64,000 nt of DNA from Phoronis australis (Eukaryota > Animalia > Phoronida), in assembly GCA_002633005.1 (NCBI GenBank), contig NMRA01000284.1, forward strand, positions 491,518-555,517. The letters are read 5' to 3'. The translations under genes were made by a program, and so were the position numbers. Within the stretch, counting starts at the first letter, position 1; the number at the start of each line of letters is the position of its first letter. Below the pieces are notes generated by a model. That model ran no database searches. It was not told where the DNA came from and saw nothing but the letters and a program-made list of their open reading frames with translations. Below, piece after piece: positions 47,901-62,502 of this stretch.

Positions 47901-50900
47901 GCGTAACCTGTCAGTTAAGTGTTCAGTCATACCACTAGGTACGAAGAATCAATCATGCGAACCGTAAAATCAATCGTTCGAACAAAAATCAGACACACAG
48001 TCATCGAATTCGTACAAATCGCAAGACAGGACGATTTTCTTATTGCGCTTCGTAACCATGCTGCTAATTCATAAGTTAAGTGTCATGTTGTGGTTCTCAA
48101 AACTGGTCTTTGTACGGCGATTCGAATTTCTTTACCTTTGTCGGGTGGTAAGGGCCCCACCTCCATTTTTCAAAAAGGCCTTGGTAAATTTCCCGAGAAT
48201 TGTAAAATGAAATGTTATAACAAAATTTCAAAGTGCACTTTATAATCTAGGTATACACGTTTATTATTCTCTGTTATCTTTATTGCATATTTTAGTGCGG
48301 GTTGGTAGTACTGTTTGTCTTCTTAAAGTGCTACTCGCCAACCATGATTCAAGATATGCGAATCCAGTGGATGTCTTATAAGTGAAAAGTATATCACAGA
48401 TAACCGTTTAGATTTGTTTAAATATGCTAAAGCGTGTTGTTACCAAGTCCACTTGTTAAAAATAAAACACTGCAAAATAGTGCACCATAGATGACAATGA
48501 CAAGCACGAATCAGAAAATGCGAACTTGCTTTTTCTGAGGAGAGTGCGAAGTGTACTGAAAAACAATCTGCGCCGTCGGAAGGGCGACAATGGATACAAG
48601 ATGAAGAATTAGGGCCCTATCGACCTCGTTCAAACGAATGCATTTCGACTGCTACGAAATCGAACAGGGCACGTCTGTAGTCAACCGGCACCCGCCTATT
48701 CAACTGTTGTCTTCTTGTTACGTAATAGAAAACACGCGGTACATTCCACCCTCGCTGGTTCCATGCGTGTCCGCTAGGGGGTAGAGAACACTCAGGTATC
48801 ATTTAATTTTCCACGAGAATTTTTTGTACTCCGTTTCTAATTGGATGGTCGAATTCTCAACAGGTAGCGCTTTACGCAAACAAACTGGCATAACTGATGG
48901 AGGAAGTGTAATGTGGTCTGTTGTACAGACAAGTCGGTGCTTAATTCATGTTCAAGAAATGTGAATCAGAAAATTGTGGTAGCGCGTTTTCGGAGTGCAT
49001 TTTTCTACTGTCTGAGCTTTGTTTACGTTGCTGTCCTGTATTCATACAGTATAAGTAATACCGGTTAAATCGGCCAGATGTTTATTGTACATGTATGTGC
49101 TTCAAGCATGCAGCTATTAAACATTACTCAGTGCAGAAACGACATACTTGCTGTTACGCCACTTACAAGACAAGGCTAAAAATCGTTCATAGTCCGCCAC
49201 TTTCGTTCTTTGTTGTAAAGCAATGACTGCCGAGATTACATCAATTAGTGATAAAACGCGTGCTACTGAATGATACCTGCGTGTTCTCTACACGCAGGGA
49301 ACCAGCGAGCATTCCATCGCGCAATACAGCATTTGAGGATTATACCTTAATTAAGAAATCACCGTACTCTGATCGAAAAGACGTTCTTCTGGCAAATTTT
49401 TGTCAAGTCTCGTACTGGATATAAAAATTGTGAAGGACTTTTTCGTTATCAGTCTTTTTATCGTTACTATTTACAAATAACATTTTGCAGGTAGGCGGAT
49501 ACGTCACATCACACTAGACTGTAGGATGCCGGTTATACGATGCACCATGAAACCAACCAATGAAAACAGAGGACACACAGCCGCTACATTTCCAGTCAAC
49601 TCTGTCGGCCTGGATGACAAATCAAAAACAGTTCGACCTGTGTGTTTCTAATGCTCATTTTACCCAAATCATTCTCCACTTATGTGGAATGCATATGCAG
49701 TGAACATTGGAATTATTACTGTCACTATATATATTTCTAGCAAACAACATTTATCTGTACACATTGTGTAATCAGTTGCTGGAGAAAAACACGTTTTCTG
49801 ATTGAAACATACCGATGAACTTGTCTAATTGTTTTTAGGCCAACAATTTAGGAAACCCCCAAAATAGTAAAACAATAATCTTTTTTTCTCAAGTGGCGGT
49901 TTCTGTTTCTAGATTAGCATTCATAACGACTTCACAGCTCCCACAACATCCAAATCGTACGATCTTGAGTTTTTAGAGATCGCGCTGCGCTAATTACATC
50001 AAGCCGAACTTCAAACTGGTCCGAGTTTCGTTGACAGGGAGGAATCTTCGTTTGTGGTGCATGGCGCGAAGTCTTGTGTGTTCTTGCGTTCTCGCGAGAT
50101 TCGCGTCTCTATGGAAAGCACGGCGCACGCCGAAATAATCCGGATAGCTCCAAAGAATCTTCTCACGGATGCAATTAACGAATTCGAATGGTTTTATGAT
50201 CGGATTTTCTTGAAATTTCACCCATTGAGTAGCCTAGTACTGATACTGTTTTTCAAATGGATCCGACTACCGTGGAAATGCTTGTAAAATGAGACCCTTT
50301 ATTTTTTTACCTTTCGCTATGCTCTGCTACACAACGAAACTGATTCAACTCTTACTAAGCCGTTTCGTAGACGACAGTGGACATGAAGTTAATCCATAGA
50401 TTTACATGTACTCGAATACTTGAAACGCATAGATCCTTATTCATTGTTAGCTAGGCTCGAGGACTTATCCTTTACTCTGAATCGAACTCAAAATTATTTT
50501 TGCCATTTTCTGTGCTGCTTTAATTCGAAGTTAAGTGTTAAATATTCTTTTTTTCGAATACATTATGGTTTCCGCAGAGAGCTAGGATCCACTGAGGGGC
50601 CATGTCGGCACTTGATGACTGCTATGTTAGTGTTAGAAACTCGAGTGAAAACTCGCGTTTTTAGTAAAAACGTGAAATTCCAAATTTTGACTCGAACTTC
50701 TACCTTTAATGCTGGGGCCACCAAGTGCAAACTGGGATTGGTCAGTCATCCACGTAGTGTTGATTAAAGTATCAAAAATAATTGCGAGCTCGATTCCGAG
50801 TACAAAGCATACGTGTAAGTGATTTTTGTATAACCGGCTCAGGATGTAGCCAAATAATTTTAGTTGGTAGGTACTCACCCGCCTCTTGATAGAGCGCTGT

Positions 50901-51065
50901 AGTCGGAATAGATGAATCGATAATAATTTTCTATGACCAATATCATTTAACGAAAACAAAACTATACCTGGATTGATGTGCCAGGTCATGAATGCTTTGG
51001 CCATTATACGCGTGTGTATTGCAATAACGTGGTAATCTTGTTATTGGTGCTTGTGCAAAATGCTA

Positions 51066-51122
51066 TACCTTTTGTTTCGAAACATTTTCGGTTTACCTTT
51101 TGTTTCGAAACATTTTCGGTTT
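51066..51122. repeat. 28-bp exact tandem duplication
   Basis: taccttttgtttcgaaacattttcggtt x2. Confidence 0.9.
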
Positions 51123-54100
51123 TATGGCCGAAAAACGCATTTTGGAATCAATGTTGGCTGAGATACACTTTTTAAAGTTATTAGTTTTTATCAAAATGAT
51201 AAAGCAATAAATTCCGTTGCGCTTAGTGATTTATTACAAATCGTCAATTATCGCAGGTGATCCTACCATTTAATACGCTTAAAACACCTTACCATTTCTC
51301 GAGTGGGTTTTAACTTTTCCAACAGAGCGTTTGACTACGACAGCGAGTGTTTTGGTTTTTCAGCTCATGGGTCTGATCTCAGTTAATAATTTTTCTCGGC
51401 GGCAACTTCACTTGAAGTGCAACCAGGAACAACTCGCGAGTTCAGGCGTTATGAGTGCCAGTGAGGTCAAACGCACGCCAGCGAAAGTTCCAGAAATTGT
51501 GTCAGGGATCATATTGCGGACTGTGTCGATTTACGCTCTCCAAACAATGCTTTTAACTGCAAAACGGGCAAGGCAGCTTATCTTGATCTTTTGACGTACC
51601 CCTCATGCACCATATATTGTTACATGTATGTACTCTGGATGAGAGATGTGTTTCAAAAGATCGGATGCCGTCGTGTCCATTAATGGCCGTTTCGCTTCGA
51701 AGGAATTGTTCGGGTTTGTTAGCTTTAATTAATCCCGTCAGAGTGTCATTGATGAAGTTTATTTTCATTTGTACTAAAAATTCCACTCTACGGGTTAGCA
51801 ACACGTGCTTGTCACGTTTTGAAATAGTGTTTGAAATCTGATTTATTTAATTGTATTTTACCGTAGAAGAATTGGAAGATATCATTTGCCTCCAGGCGAA
51901 CTGCGCTACCTGAAGTAGGCACGTGTTAGGTACCGCAGGATGAGGAAAATTGTGGTATTCTACCACAGAAGTTGTCTGGTTTATGTTCAGTGTTTTTAAT
52001 TCGACTAATGCTGGAGAAATAATGCTGTATTTCAGGAATTTCTAATAATGAGTCCCAAAATAAGCACGGACATACTTTTGGAAACGGAGGCCAACTAAAC
52101 GGACACACCTTCTGTATATGGATATCAAATCAAAACGGAAACGGAAACTTTAATCTTGCAGACGACGAAAACGTTACTTTTCGAAAATGTTGACCCAGCT
52201 GTTAAATCAGAGCTGAGTGTATTTGCTTAGTCAGCATTTTCAGTCGTATGGATAGTGTTTTCGTGTGAATGGGAAAAACGAAGTGAAAACCTTTTGAACA
52301 CGTAAAGTAAAGGTTGTATTCTGGAAAAGAAACGATTTTGGGTCTTAATCTTATAACAGTTTGTAACAAATTGCGAAACATCATTCACAAACATCATCAA
52401 CTGCATGTCAAATTATCCATAATTTTAACAGCATCAAATGATTTTTGCCAATTATAAACCACCCTCTCAAACGGGGTGTTCCACTGATTTTTGATGTATG
52501 TTATAAAATTCGGTCAGTTACAATGGTATTGTTTCTCCCCCGTTCTTCTCAGGATCTCGCAGACCGTGGTTAGAGTTTTATAAGATACTTTAACTACATG
52601 ATTTGGACTAATATTCAGTGTATGAATTCACTCTTCCTTGTTTTCACAATTCTCATTTCGGAAACTTTAGATTTTCTATGAATGAACAATAGGTGTCGCT
52701 GTATACATGTAAAGACCATAGCCTAGGGCCATGGCAACACCAAAGACAAAAACTTGACGCGATACGCGGAAAACAAATGTGAATACAGAAGATTTAAAAT
52801 GCATACTTGTTTGAAAACCAATAGTTGCACAACGTGCTTATGTTAATTCACTGAACTTGCATTCGAAAACCGCATTAACGTTTTACGCCAGCGCGAGCTA
52901 AAATCAAGAACACATGATTTAGGCTTTCGGGCCCAATGACGTTGACAAAGGCACGGGAACGCGACGCGAGACTTCAGTGGCAGGATTGGTTAAATATTTG
53001 TTCGCCAAGTAATAAAACTGCCTCTGTTATTTTGTTTGTAGTAGGTGAAAGAAATCTTTGGTGCCAGATGAGCGCAGGCTAAATGTGGCGATAGAAAGCG
53101 CAGTGGTGTCGGACGTCTAGTAAGATGATACTCCACGAGTGCGGGACTTGACCATGGATAATCAATAGATGTAATGTTCTGTAAATTTTTTAATTTCAAA
53201 ATATTCGTAGTTGTGTTCTGACAGAGTTTGTTTCATTCGTGGTATATCTAATGTCAAACGATGTAACTTGGTAACAATGGCTGTTCGGAATAAAGTTGAA
53301 ATTATAAACACCAGCCTCAAGAAAATCCGATGATTGTGTTTCCTTCATGTGCTTCGAACAATTCTATTCCGTTCGCACGCGCCTTATTGATGAACTAGAT
53401 GGACGAAAACATTGAATATCGAAGAAATAGAGATAGAATCGCTTTAAAAGAAATCCGTAATTAAGTCATTCATTGCAATACTAATTAAGAAAGATAATGC
53501 TAATAATGATTAAAAATATTGTTTCCAGTAATCTGAATGAATTTAATGCACTATCAACTACCATGAAAGCAGGTGAAAACCGCCATACTTGTTACTTGCC
53601 CTACTTCGCTCTGATTGGCTCTTCCGACATGACATCATCGGAGTTGTCTCCTTAAAACAACAGCCGGCTACCTGTTGCGTTTGACTCGAAATTGCCCACC
53701 GTGGATTTACTATATCTAACTTTTATTTGCAAATCAGAAAATTCTTTCATCTTTCCGCCGCCGCAGGGTTAGATAACACAGGCAGAAAGTTCAAACAGCG
53801 ATAATATCTCACACGGTAAGTTAATTCCTTTTCACAAAGTTGTCTTTTCAGCGGATCCGTTCTGATTAATATTTAATATTGGTTGCTGAAATATAAGCAG
53901 ATTTTATCGACGTTGGTGTCCATATATAAAAATCACCTGTCTGGTTAGAGTTAATATTCTTCTTTGATGGCGGAGATACAGATCTCTCTATTGCTAATAA
54001 ATTTCTAAAGTCTGTGCTTCTATTGTAGTTTTGTCGGGCTGTTAACTAGGAAAGGGCTCTGCATTTATATTTCTATTTCATTAAGTTTGTATTGCCCTGA

Positions 54101-55404
54101 GGGAACAGATACTGTTTGTTAGACTCCACTCAAAAAGCGTCTGAAATGGATTGTTTCAGTTGTTAAGTTTTATTCGAGTCGTATCGCATTTGCTTTTATT
54201 TTTTAAGATGTAGTAGGGCCTACGTGCAGATAAACATTTACTAGTATTTACATTAGATCGTAAATTTTCACAAAATTGGTAATTATAACCTGCTTTTCTG
54301 TGTCCATATAATTTCTTGTTATTTTAAAAGGCACAGTATCTGTCGAGATGTCACGTTACATATGACTGACATTTGGTACTTAATAAATGAACAGTGTGAA
54401 GACTCAGAGGCCTTACATAACAAACGAGATTAATTTTCAAGGAAATTCATCTACTATATATTATTTTCATGTAATCAGAATATATATGAAATTATTAAGA
54501 TTTAATGGTTATTTTCTGTCCTGCATGTGGTTCAAAATATTTTGCTTTTTAAAATAGGGTTATTTACGTAAGAGGACAGGCGGTGATAAACGGTATAACA
54601 AGGCGGTGGAATTGGAAAAAAATCTTTTCGCACAGCATCTACCTGTTGTGAAATGATGCGAGATATCCTGTTGAGTATTTACAATGAACTACGCTTGCTT
54701 GATTGCATTTTAATTCACTGTGCAAGCAGTATGATTCCTTTGAAAAACGAGATAGCATAACAATGAAATGTCGGTTCCTGATTGGCTGGTCCAATGTCTT
54801 ACTCAGCTGAAACGAAAATCCTCCAAGTCGGTCGTGTCTGCTGCCAAGATATTTCGGAGGTTGCTTAGTCTGACTATAGGAGGTGCTGTGATCATTTAAA
54901 ACCAATTCAACACTTTGGTATAACCGACAAGAAGAGTTAAAATTTATTCACGCATAGTATCTTTATAACTGAAATGTTTTGGAACAGATAATTTAGCTTT
55001 TATATTTAAACCAACTATGTTAAATCACATAATTAAGCATGATGTAAAGTACAACCGGTTATTAACCAATACACCGTTGACACTCACCAGAATATCTGGT
55101 TATGACTGAGTGTACTAAACCCGTTTCTTCTGTCAAAACAACTGTTGATTTAGGTCCTTATCGTTATGCGATTGGTTTAATCTTATTCTAAATTATTAAA
55201 AATGTTTTCTAGACTTGAGAAGAACTGACAAGCCATAATTGCTTTTTACCAGGTTACTAAGTTACTTGTCACGGCGGGTTAAATGTCAGTCGCCTATGTA
55301 GTGCGGTTGTCAAGGAAAATCCGTGTGATTTATTGTAAGCAGTTTCAATTCAAACAAAGGATAAGAACGCGATGGCGTTTGTTTGAAAGTGCAGACACGT
55401 CGCT

Positions 55405-56106
55405 GAAGAGGACTGCAGAAGAACATACTTAAGGGACTTTAGCGGAATATTGTCAAACTGCGTAATTTGTTGGTTATTACAGTTCAAACAATCTATCTAG
55501 GTAGACCTATTGAGTACATTTGCTAAATTGTAGTCATTAGCGCTTAAAAACTAACGCAGTCATATCTTTAGGCTTAGTTATTGGCGAAACAGTGAGTAAA
55601 ATGAACACTTAGCTGCAATGGTTTGATGAAGAAGCCGAAATTACCGACGCCGAATTTTCAGATTTTTATTGTTCAGAAATTATTGGTAAGGTACAAGCTG
55701 AAATATTTTAAACGAGTCTCGAGTTCCGAGTCCATTTTGGCTTTAGAAAAGCTANGAAGAGGAGTGCAGAAGAACATACTTAAGGGACTTTAGCGGAATA
55801 TTGTCAAACTGCGTAATTTGTTGGTTATTACAGTTCAAACAATCTATCTAGGTAGACCAATTTAGTACGTTTGCTAAATTGTAGTCATTAGCGCTTAAAA
55901 ACTAACGCAATCATATCTTTAAGGTTTAGTTATTGGCGAAACAGTGACTAAAATGAACATTTAGCTGCAATGGTTTGATGAAGAAGCCGAAATTACCGAC
56001 TCCGAATTTTCAGATTTTTATTGTTCAGAAACTATTGCTAAGTTACAAGCTGAAATATTTTAAACGATTCTCGAGTTCTGAGTCCATTTTGGCTTTAGAA
56101 AAGCTA
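55405..56106. repeat. ~350-bp direct duplication straddling a single N (probable uncollapsed haplotype overlap)
   Basis: 55405-55754 vs 55756-56106, N at 55755, roughly 15 differences by eye. Confidence 0.8.
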
Positions 56107-57415
56107 AACAAGGGCTTCTTTATTCATGCTAAAATGTGTTTTTGTGGTAGATTTAATAGCTAACATTATTATTATCATTTGTGTTGTTACTTCAAAGAAC
56201 TTAAGCAATGCTGAACTTTGTCTCATTCTTGGTCTCGAAACTTTCTCGACATTGATGCAAACTTCGTTTTATCTGGGTTTAGTGAATATTTCTACAACAG
56301 GCACTCTACGAGTTATCTACTCACAATTGCATTAGACATCCGGGGACCCTGTTACCTGCATATTTATCACGGCAGTCAAACTGATCGATTTTTTATTGTC
56401 GTCTTTTGTTTGAAATTGCTCGACGCGTTATTACTAGAAGCACAACGATCTGCAGTGCGTCGAAAATAAATCACTTGAATATTGCTATGATAAAAATTCA
56501 TCACACAATGAATGGTCGAGTCAAATATATAGACGCTACTCTTTAGACAAGAGATTTTATATTTAAAATGGGGTGCAGAACATTCTAAATCGCACCAACG
56601 CAGCAACAATGCCATTGTTACCAGGGGTCCCATTACTCCGATTTTAGCCAACTAAACAACACTGAAGGACATTTTTCTTTACGAAGTCGCTAATGGTTTC
56701 TACGTTCTATTGTAAACCGAGTCCTACACTGTATCACAATAAGGAATATTACGAGGCAGATTTTATGATATTAAAGTGACGTCATTTTGTTTTTTCGACA
56801 GCTATATACTAAGAAATTCATTTTCGAGAAAATCGTAGACCGGCCAGTCCTCCCCAAAATTGTTGTCGGGTGTATTTGAATTAAGTCTTACGTTACGGAA
56901 AATTAAGTTCAACATATATGTTAAGCTATATCGGGTTCTAGTTCGGTGGGTCCGAAAATAGCAACTTTAAAGTAATATAAATAAGATTGAAGCGGGTTAT
57001 TCAGGTCAAAACTAATACTCGTTGACTCCATTGTGACCTCGGCGTAACCGCGGAACTTTCGACACTCGTCTTATATATTCGAGATGGTGTACGAAACCGT
57101 TGACTCGTGTTTTCACGTGTTTTCACGTGTTCACGCGAGTCCAGGTTCTCGTGCACTATCTCGAACACGTAATTAGGTAAAGTAAACAAACCAATTCAAG
57201 TACGTTTCCCATGAAGTGGACGGGAGAGTATGAGCTGTTCAAACCTACATTTTCCGAAGGATATCAACTAGATTGTGAAAAGGTTGCTATAATGCCATTC
57301 TCCGTAAAATATTCGGCATTATGACAAGCATACTTAGGTTCCTAAGAACCGCCTGCGTTCGATTTAGGAGCGCAATTAAAGATAGTCATTATTTTAATAT
57401 AAGACTGGTGCAAAG

Positions 57416-57483
57416 CCAGCCTCGTCCCCAAGCTTCAAGATGGAGCTGATTAGCGCCATGTGGGGGCTTGGGAACGAGGCTGG
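57416..57483. mobile_element. Short palindromic MITE (CCTCGTxCCCA family)
   Basis: ccagcctcgtccccaagc ... gcttgggaacgaggctgg inverted arms. Confidence 0.7.
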
Positions 57484-60400
57484 GTACAAGGCAAGCCATG
57501 TGTTTACAAAGTCTACTCCAAGGTCAGTGTTCGCACTGTTAGTTAGCCCTCGATACAAAGACATTGCAAGTCAATTATTAAAATTAAAGATTTACTTGCA
57601 TTAAAATTGCTAGGTGTTGTTATCGCCGATCACCCTGGCATCGATTGGCCAGTGCAGTCGGAATCCGGGAGATAAAAAACCGCATGGATAATATGCAGAC
57701 TTCTGTGTCCAAAGAATCACGCAATAATCAGGTATTGATGGCATAAATTTATTATCAACCACGCATGCGTAGGAGTGGTATGCATTAGTTGCTTCTAGTA
57801 TTGTTTCTTGCTATGGAATATAGGGCTTAAGGTGTAATGTTTGTTTAGTACAAATGAAGTAAGTTTTGAACTTTTATCACCGAAAACTTCTTCCGAACAA
57901 ATTTTCTCTTCTATATTTATGAAATATTTTCCAAAATATAAATAATTAAGTTAATAAGTAATTATTATTTTGCATACAAAGCATAACAGAGTGTAATATT
58001 GAAACCCTTCATGTACTAATTAGCTGTCGAGTGATTAATCAACTAATTAAACAACTGGTTAACTTGTACGGCTAATTAATTTAGGTTATAATAGTAACAT
58101 AAAGAGAAACTGAACTATAGAGTTTATAGAAATGACCAGCAGGGAAATAGTTTCAATGATTCAAAAGATTTCTACCGATGAAGACAAAGATCTCGGAATG
58201 TAGATCCTTCTGTGAAGAATTTAGTCAGTCATCGATCCAAAATTATACATCTTGGACATTTAGTGCCGTTTGATACAGTTACGTTGTTGAGTAAAAACTC
58301 ATGTGACATTTGCAGAAATGTTATGAACCAATTACTCCAAGTTCCTATCCGAAATTTGCAGATAAGGGTTTTCCGATAGATAAAAATGGGCAAACATCTG
58401 TTGTGTAGCTTTTAAATACACTGCGGATAGCTCATTAGATAGGTTGCAGTGTAGAACGTTACATAGAAATTTAGGAATAAATACATTTAAAAACGATATT
58501 GATACTGATACATGTAGTGTGCGCTACCCTAAACAAGAGATTTTGGAACACGTTTTTAAAATTGTTATGTTACTAAAGAAGTAAGCTCTGGAAAATGACA
58601 ATATTCATAACAAAAAGACAACGTTAATTTGATCACCTGTTGCGCAATTGTCAACATTTGAGAATGAAAAACGGGGAAAATGGATTGAAAAGCGGGACAT
58701 CTGGGTCTATGCCCAAATGCAAGGGTGAAATGTTCTCCCCAAAACGCAAAAACGCCCCAAAAGCGTTTTTTGTTGCACGGGAGCCGCAACACCCAGAAGC
58801 ACCAGACGGGATTTTTGTTTGTTTAGTCGAATGGGACATTTCAGGAGCCCGGCGCAAAACCCTGTGAAACGTCCCGTTTTTTTAGTCGAACGGGAAAATA
58901 GAGCTGTGTCGCGAGGGAAACCACATTGGTATACGATAATATGTCAGTTTCGCCTGTCTCGTCCCCAAGTGACTCGTGACTGCTCGCCTCACGGGATGTC
59001 CAAAAGCAATAGTTGTATTAAGTAAATATAGTGCGATGAGAAGGAAGTCCACTTTAGAACAATAATTTTTAAAGCACCCTATTAGGATTAATAAAACCAT
59101 AAAACACGAGAAATCAACTAAACGACCAATACCTGTAGACTACTCCCTATTAATTGCTCTTCGTTGCATAATAAAAAATAACGCATTGTTTTGACAATCC
59201 TCATAAATGGTTTGACAGTTTTTTTACCGACCCAAATAGCAACACTTTCTTTGCGGGTTTTGTTTTTGCAAGCCCGTAACCAATCACAAGTAATGCAGGC
59301 CATTTGCTGCACTCTTCATCCCCCTGCCATCACCAATTTTCTGCCCCGGGTCGCCAGTCGTCTACAGGTTTCCCAGACTCAACTAGAAACAAGTGTCTCC
59401 CTATTGAGCCTGAGGCACTGCTTAACTGCCCGTACATGATTCCTTGAGCGGAGCTCGGCTGCCGATGGGGTGCATTCGCGTTTGTCGCTACGGACAAGTC
59501 TGCTACCGAAACGAAAAGTAACTAAATTTTATGACCTGTTAGATCGATGATTGGCTTTGCTTCGGTTATTGTATCAATAGATTTTGTTATTAATCCGCTT
59601 CGCCTTTCCTCGCAGTATTCTTACTGTTATCCTGTTGGCTCCCAAAATTATTTCTTCAGACAGTCTTCACATCAGACTTTCTGACTAGTCGTGTAGTCAT
59701 CAGACACAGAAATTGACACTAAGCGTCAACACTTTGCTACTGAAATATCCTTTTATAATCTGATTACAAATGAAACGCCAAAAAGTGTAGCTGTTTACGA
59801 AATTGTTAATTTACACGTGACTTTAGTCATCTTACATTCAACGTTCTGGAATACGATTTTCACGTTTGTTCCGTTATCTTTGCATTCCACATTCTAGATG
59901 ATTTATTTGTGGGAATACTCGTTTTCAAACACTCGCTTAGCGAGACGTTGTTGGTGTGAACTAGCTTAACGTGGGAGATAAATTTTTCTTCTGTTTGGAC
60001 CATGGACTTTAAGCATGTCCATGATTGATCTTGAATTTATTAGAGGCTCTATCCAGTATGTTCACTCCTAAAAGCCAATCTCATTGTCAGTTACAACAGA
60101 GCGAGTAGATGAAGCACTGTTTGTTTTCATTATATTTCGCAAAATCCTAAAAAAATCCACTAATCCACAAAATGCGTTTTGCGGTCGTACAACCCCTTAT
60201 GCCCCTTTAAGTTAAATTTAAATGTGGAATACAACGTGAGGTTATTAACACTACCACCACAAACTACAGATGGCGCTGCTTCATGATAACCTGTGTAACT
60301 GACGATTAGTGTAACGATGGAACATCCAGTGTATGGGGACTCGATTAGCATTTTTCTTTCTATCAAACAAGAAGGCGCCAGTATTCTTAACACATTTTGT

Positions 60401-62469
60401 AATCCCTGTGTTTATGTTCATAGTTTTTTCATTGCCTCATTCGCATTTAATAATGTTGTGGTGATTGTCAGTCCAGGTAAGGTGTTTGTAATCCCTTTAA
60501 TTATGGTAATATTTTTTGTTTATTTTATTCTAATTTAACGATGTTGTGATTGGCACTGCAGGTATGATGCTTTGGTGGTTTTTGAGGTTGTTCCCTTTCG
60601 TGTAACGAATGAACAAAATTTTAACGTAGAATGAATAAAATTAAGCAAAAATAATTTTCAAGACTTAAAAGTTATTTCTTGGAGTAAAACCAGAGATCGT
60701 CCATCACGTGCTAGAGTCCTGAAAGTGATTCAAATTCTAGTTCCCCCATATCAGGACTGCTGAATTAGATTTAAACAAAGTTCAGTCAGTTTAAAAAAAA
60801 AACGTCAACAGTTATTGATTTTATTTCACAAAATGGGTCACCGGGGGCCAACTGTACACGCAGCGTGAATTTGCGCCAAATGTGCGGTAGAGTAGATTCT
60901 GATTCGCCATTCTTATACTAAACATAACGTTAAGCATTTCCATTACGAAGAAATTGTCGCTGTTTTGGTCAATATGCTGCTTTCTTTTCACTTTTTCTCA
61001 CCTGCGGGAACAATAGAATTATTATGTATGGTGGGCCCACGACCACGAGAATAACCCGCACTCTCACTGTACACTCGTTCCTCTTCATATTTATTTATTT
61101 CAAGGACTAAAATGACTGACCAGTGACTTCCATTAAGACCTGTCCGATCATTGTTTCCGGATCCCTTTCATAGCGGTAACTGTTGCATACACGATCCCAA
61201 CAGTCAATTGTCATGCCCAGGACTGCTCAATAAATAATTCCGTTTGTCTGTACCTTACGCGGTAAGCATTATGCCGGCTCACCTGCCGCGGAAGAATAAT
61301 CAGTTTAATCGTGAGGCCAAGTTATTGTTGATAATTGCTGGTTTAGCGAGATAACTCGCTGTGTCGGCAGACAACGTCAATTATGTTTAAGGGTAACCGA
61401 TTAGATTACAATGATGCTAAATAATTTGAAGTTATTTAGAGATTATTATGCTAGAATTGGAAAAATTTTACTCGCATTCCAGAAAAATGCAAGGAAAGAT
61501 CGATCAAAAGAATTACAGACACTCATCTATTGTTTTTAGTCATGTCTTTTGATATGACAACACCCTGCAAATTGCAGACGTAGCAAGTTATTTCAAAAAA
61601 GAGAAACGATTTTTGTAGGTTGGACAATATTCGGCATCTCCGTCATGCTGTACGCCCTCTAGTGACAGTTTTGGTACCTCTTCAAAGCGGGGTACGAGCA
61701 CCATTATGCCTCCCAGTGCCAGTTTCATATATTTTGCGTCTTCGTCAATATTTATATAACAACATAGGTGAAAGACCATCATCAAATATGAGGGGTTTGT
61801 TCCTATAGCGTGAGAGCATAGCTGACGTTGATTTGGGAACAGGTTCGAATACCGCTACAACTCCTAGTGGAAGAGTTTTAGCGCCTGGCTTAATATTTAC
61901 AGAATTTGATGGACATGTTCCCATTGACAAAAGTATGGTTCAGTGACATTGGTTTTCGGACGGATTCGAAATCTGCTATGCCAATTTTAGTTTTATTACG
62001 CCTGCCTCCATATTTACCAAGTTCGACGAAGGATCGTCTTGAATTTTGAGGTCAGCGTGGTTGCCGTTGTTTGTCAGACGAGTACTGTTATGGCCCCTGA
62101 TGGTTTTTTGTATTTTTGTGTCTGCCTCAATATCTATCAAGTTCTTTATAAACAGTAGTTAGGGAATTTGATTGCGCCAATTACATCGACTTTCGAAAAG
62201 AACCGACAGCCGCTGTAATCTCTTATCTTAATTTTAGTTTTTAGTGCGCCGGGATCGCGCCTGCCAATTTTTGCACCCGTAGTTTAAACATGTCTTCACT
62301 GGTGAAAACGTTTGAAAGGCCCCATACATCTGCCATCGGCGATGCTCACAGTGGGCACATGTCAACGCTTTTCCTCGCACTTGTATGTTCTCTTTTTGGA
62401 AATGGTGACTCAATCCCAAGTTGTTGATGGGTAGCAATTGCTACAGGTCACTAAAATAAATGATTATTC

Positions 62470-62501
<32 letters not shown>
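62470..62501. repeat. (ATTG)n microsatellite
   Basis: Directly visible, 8 units. Confidence 0.95.
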
Positions 62502-62502
<1 letters not shown>

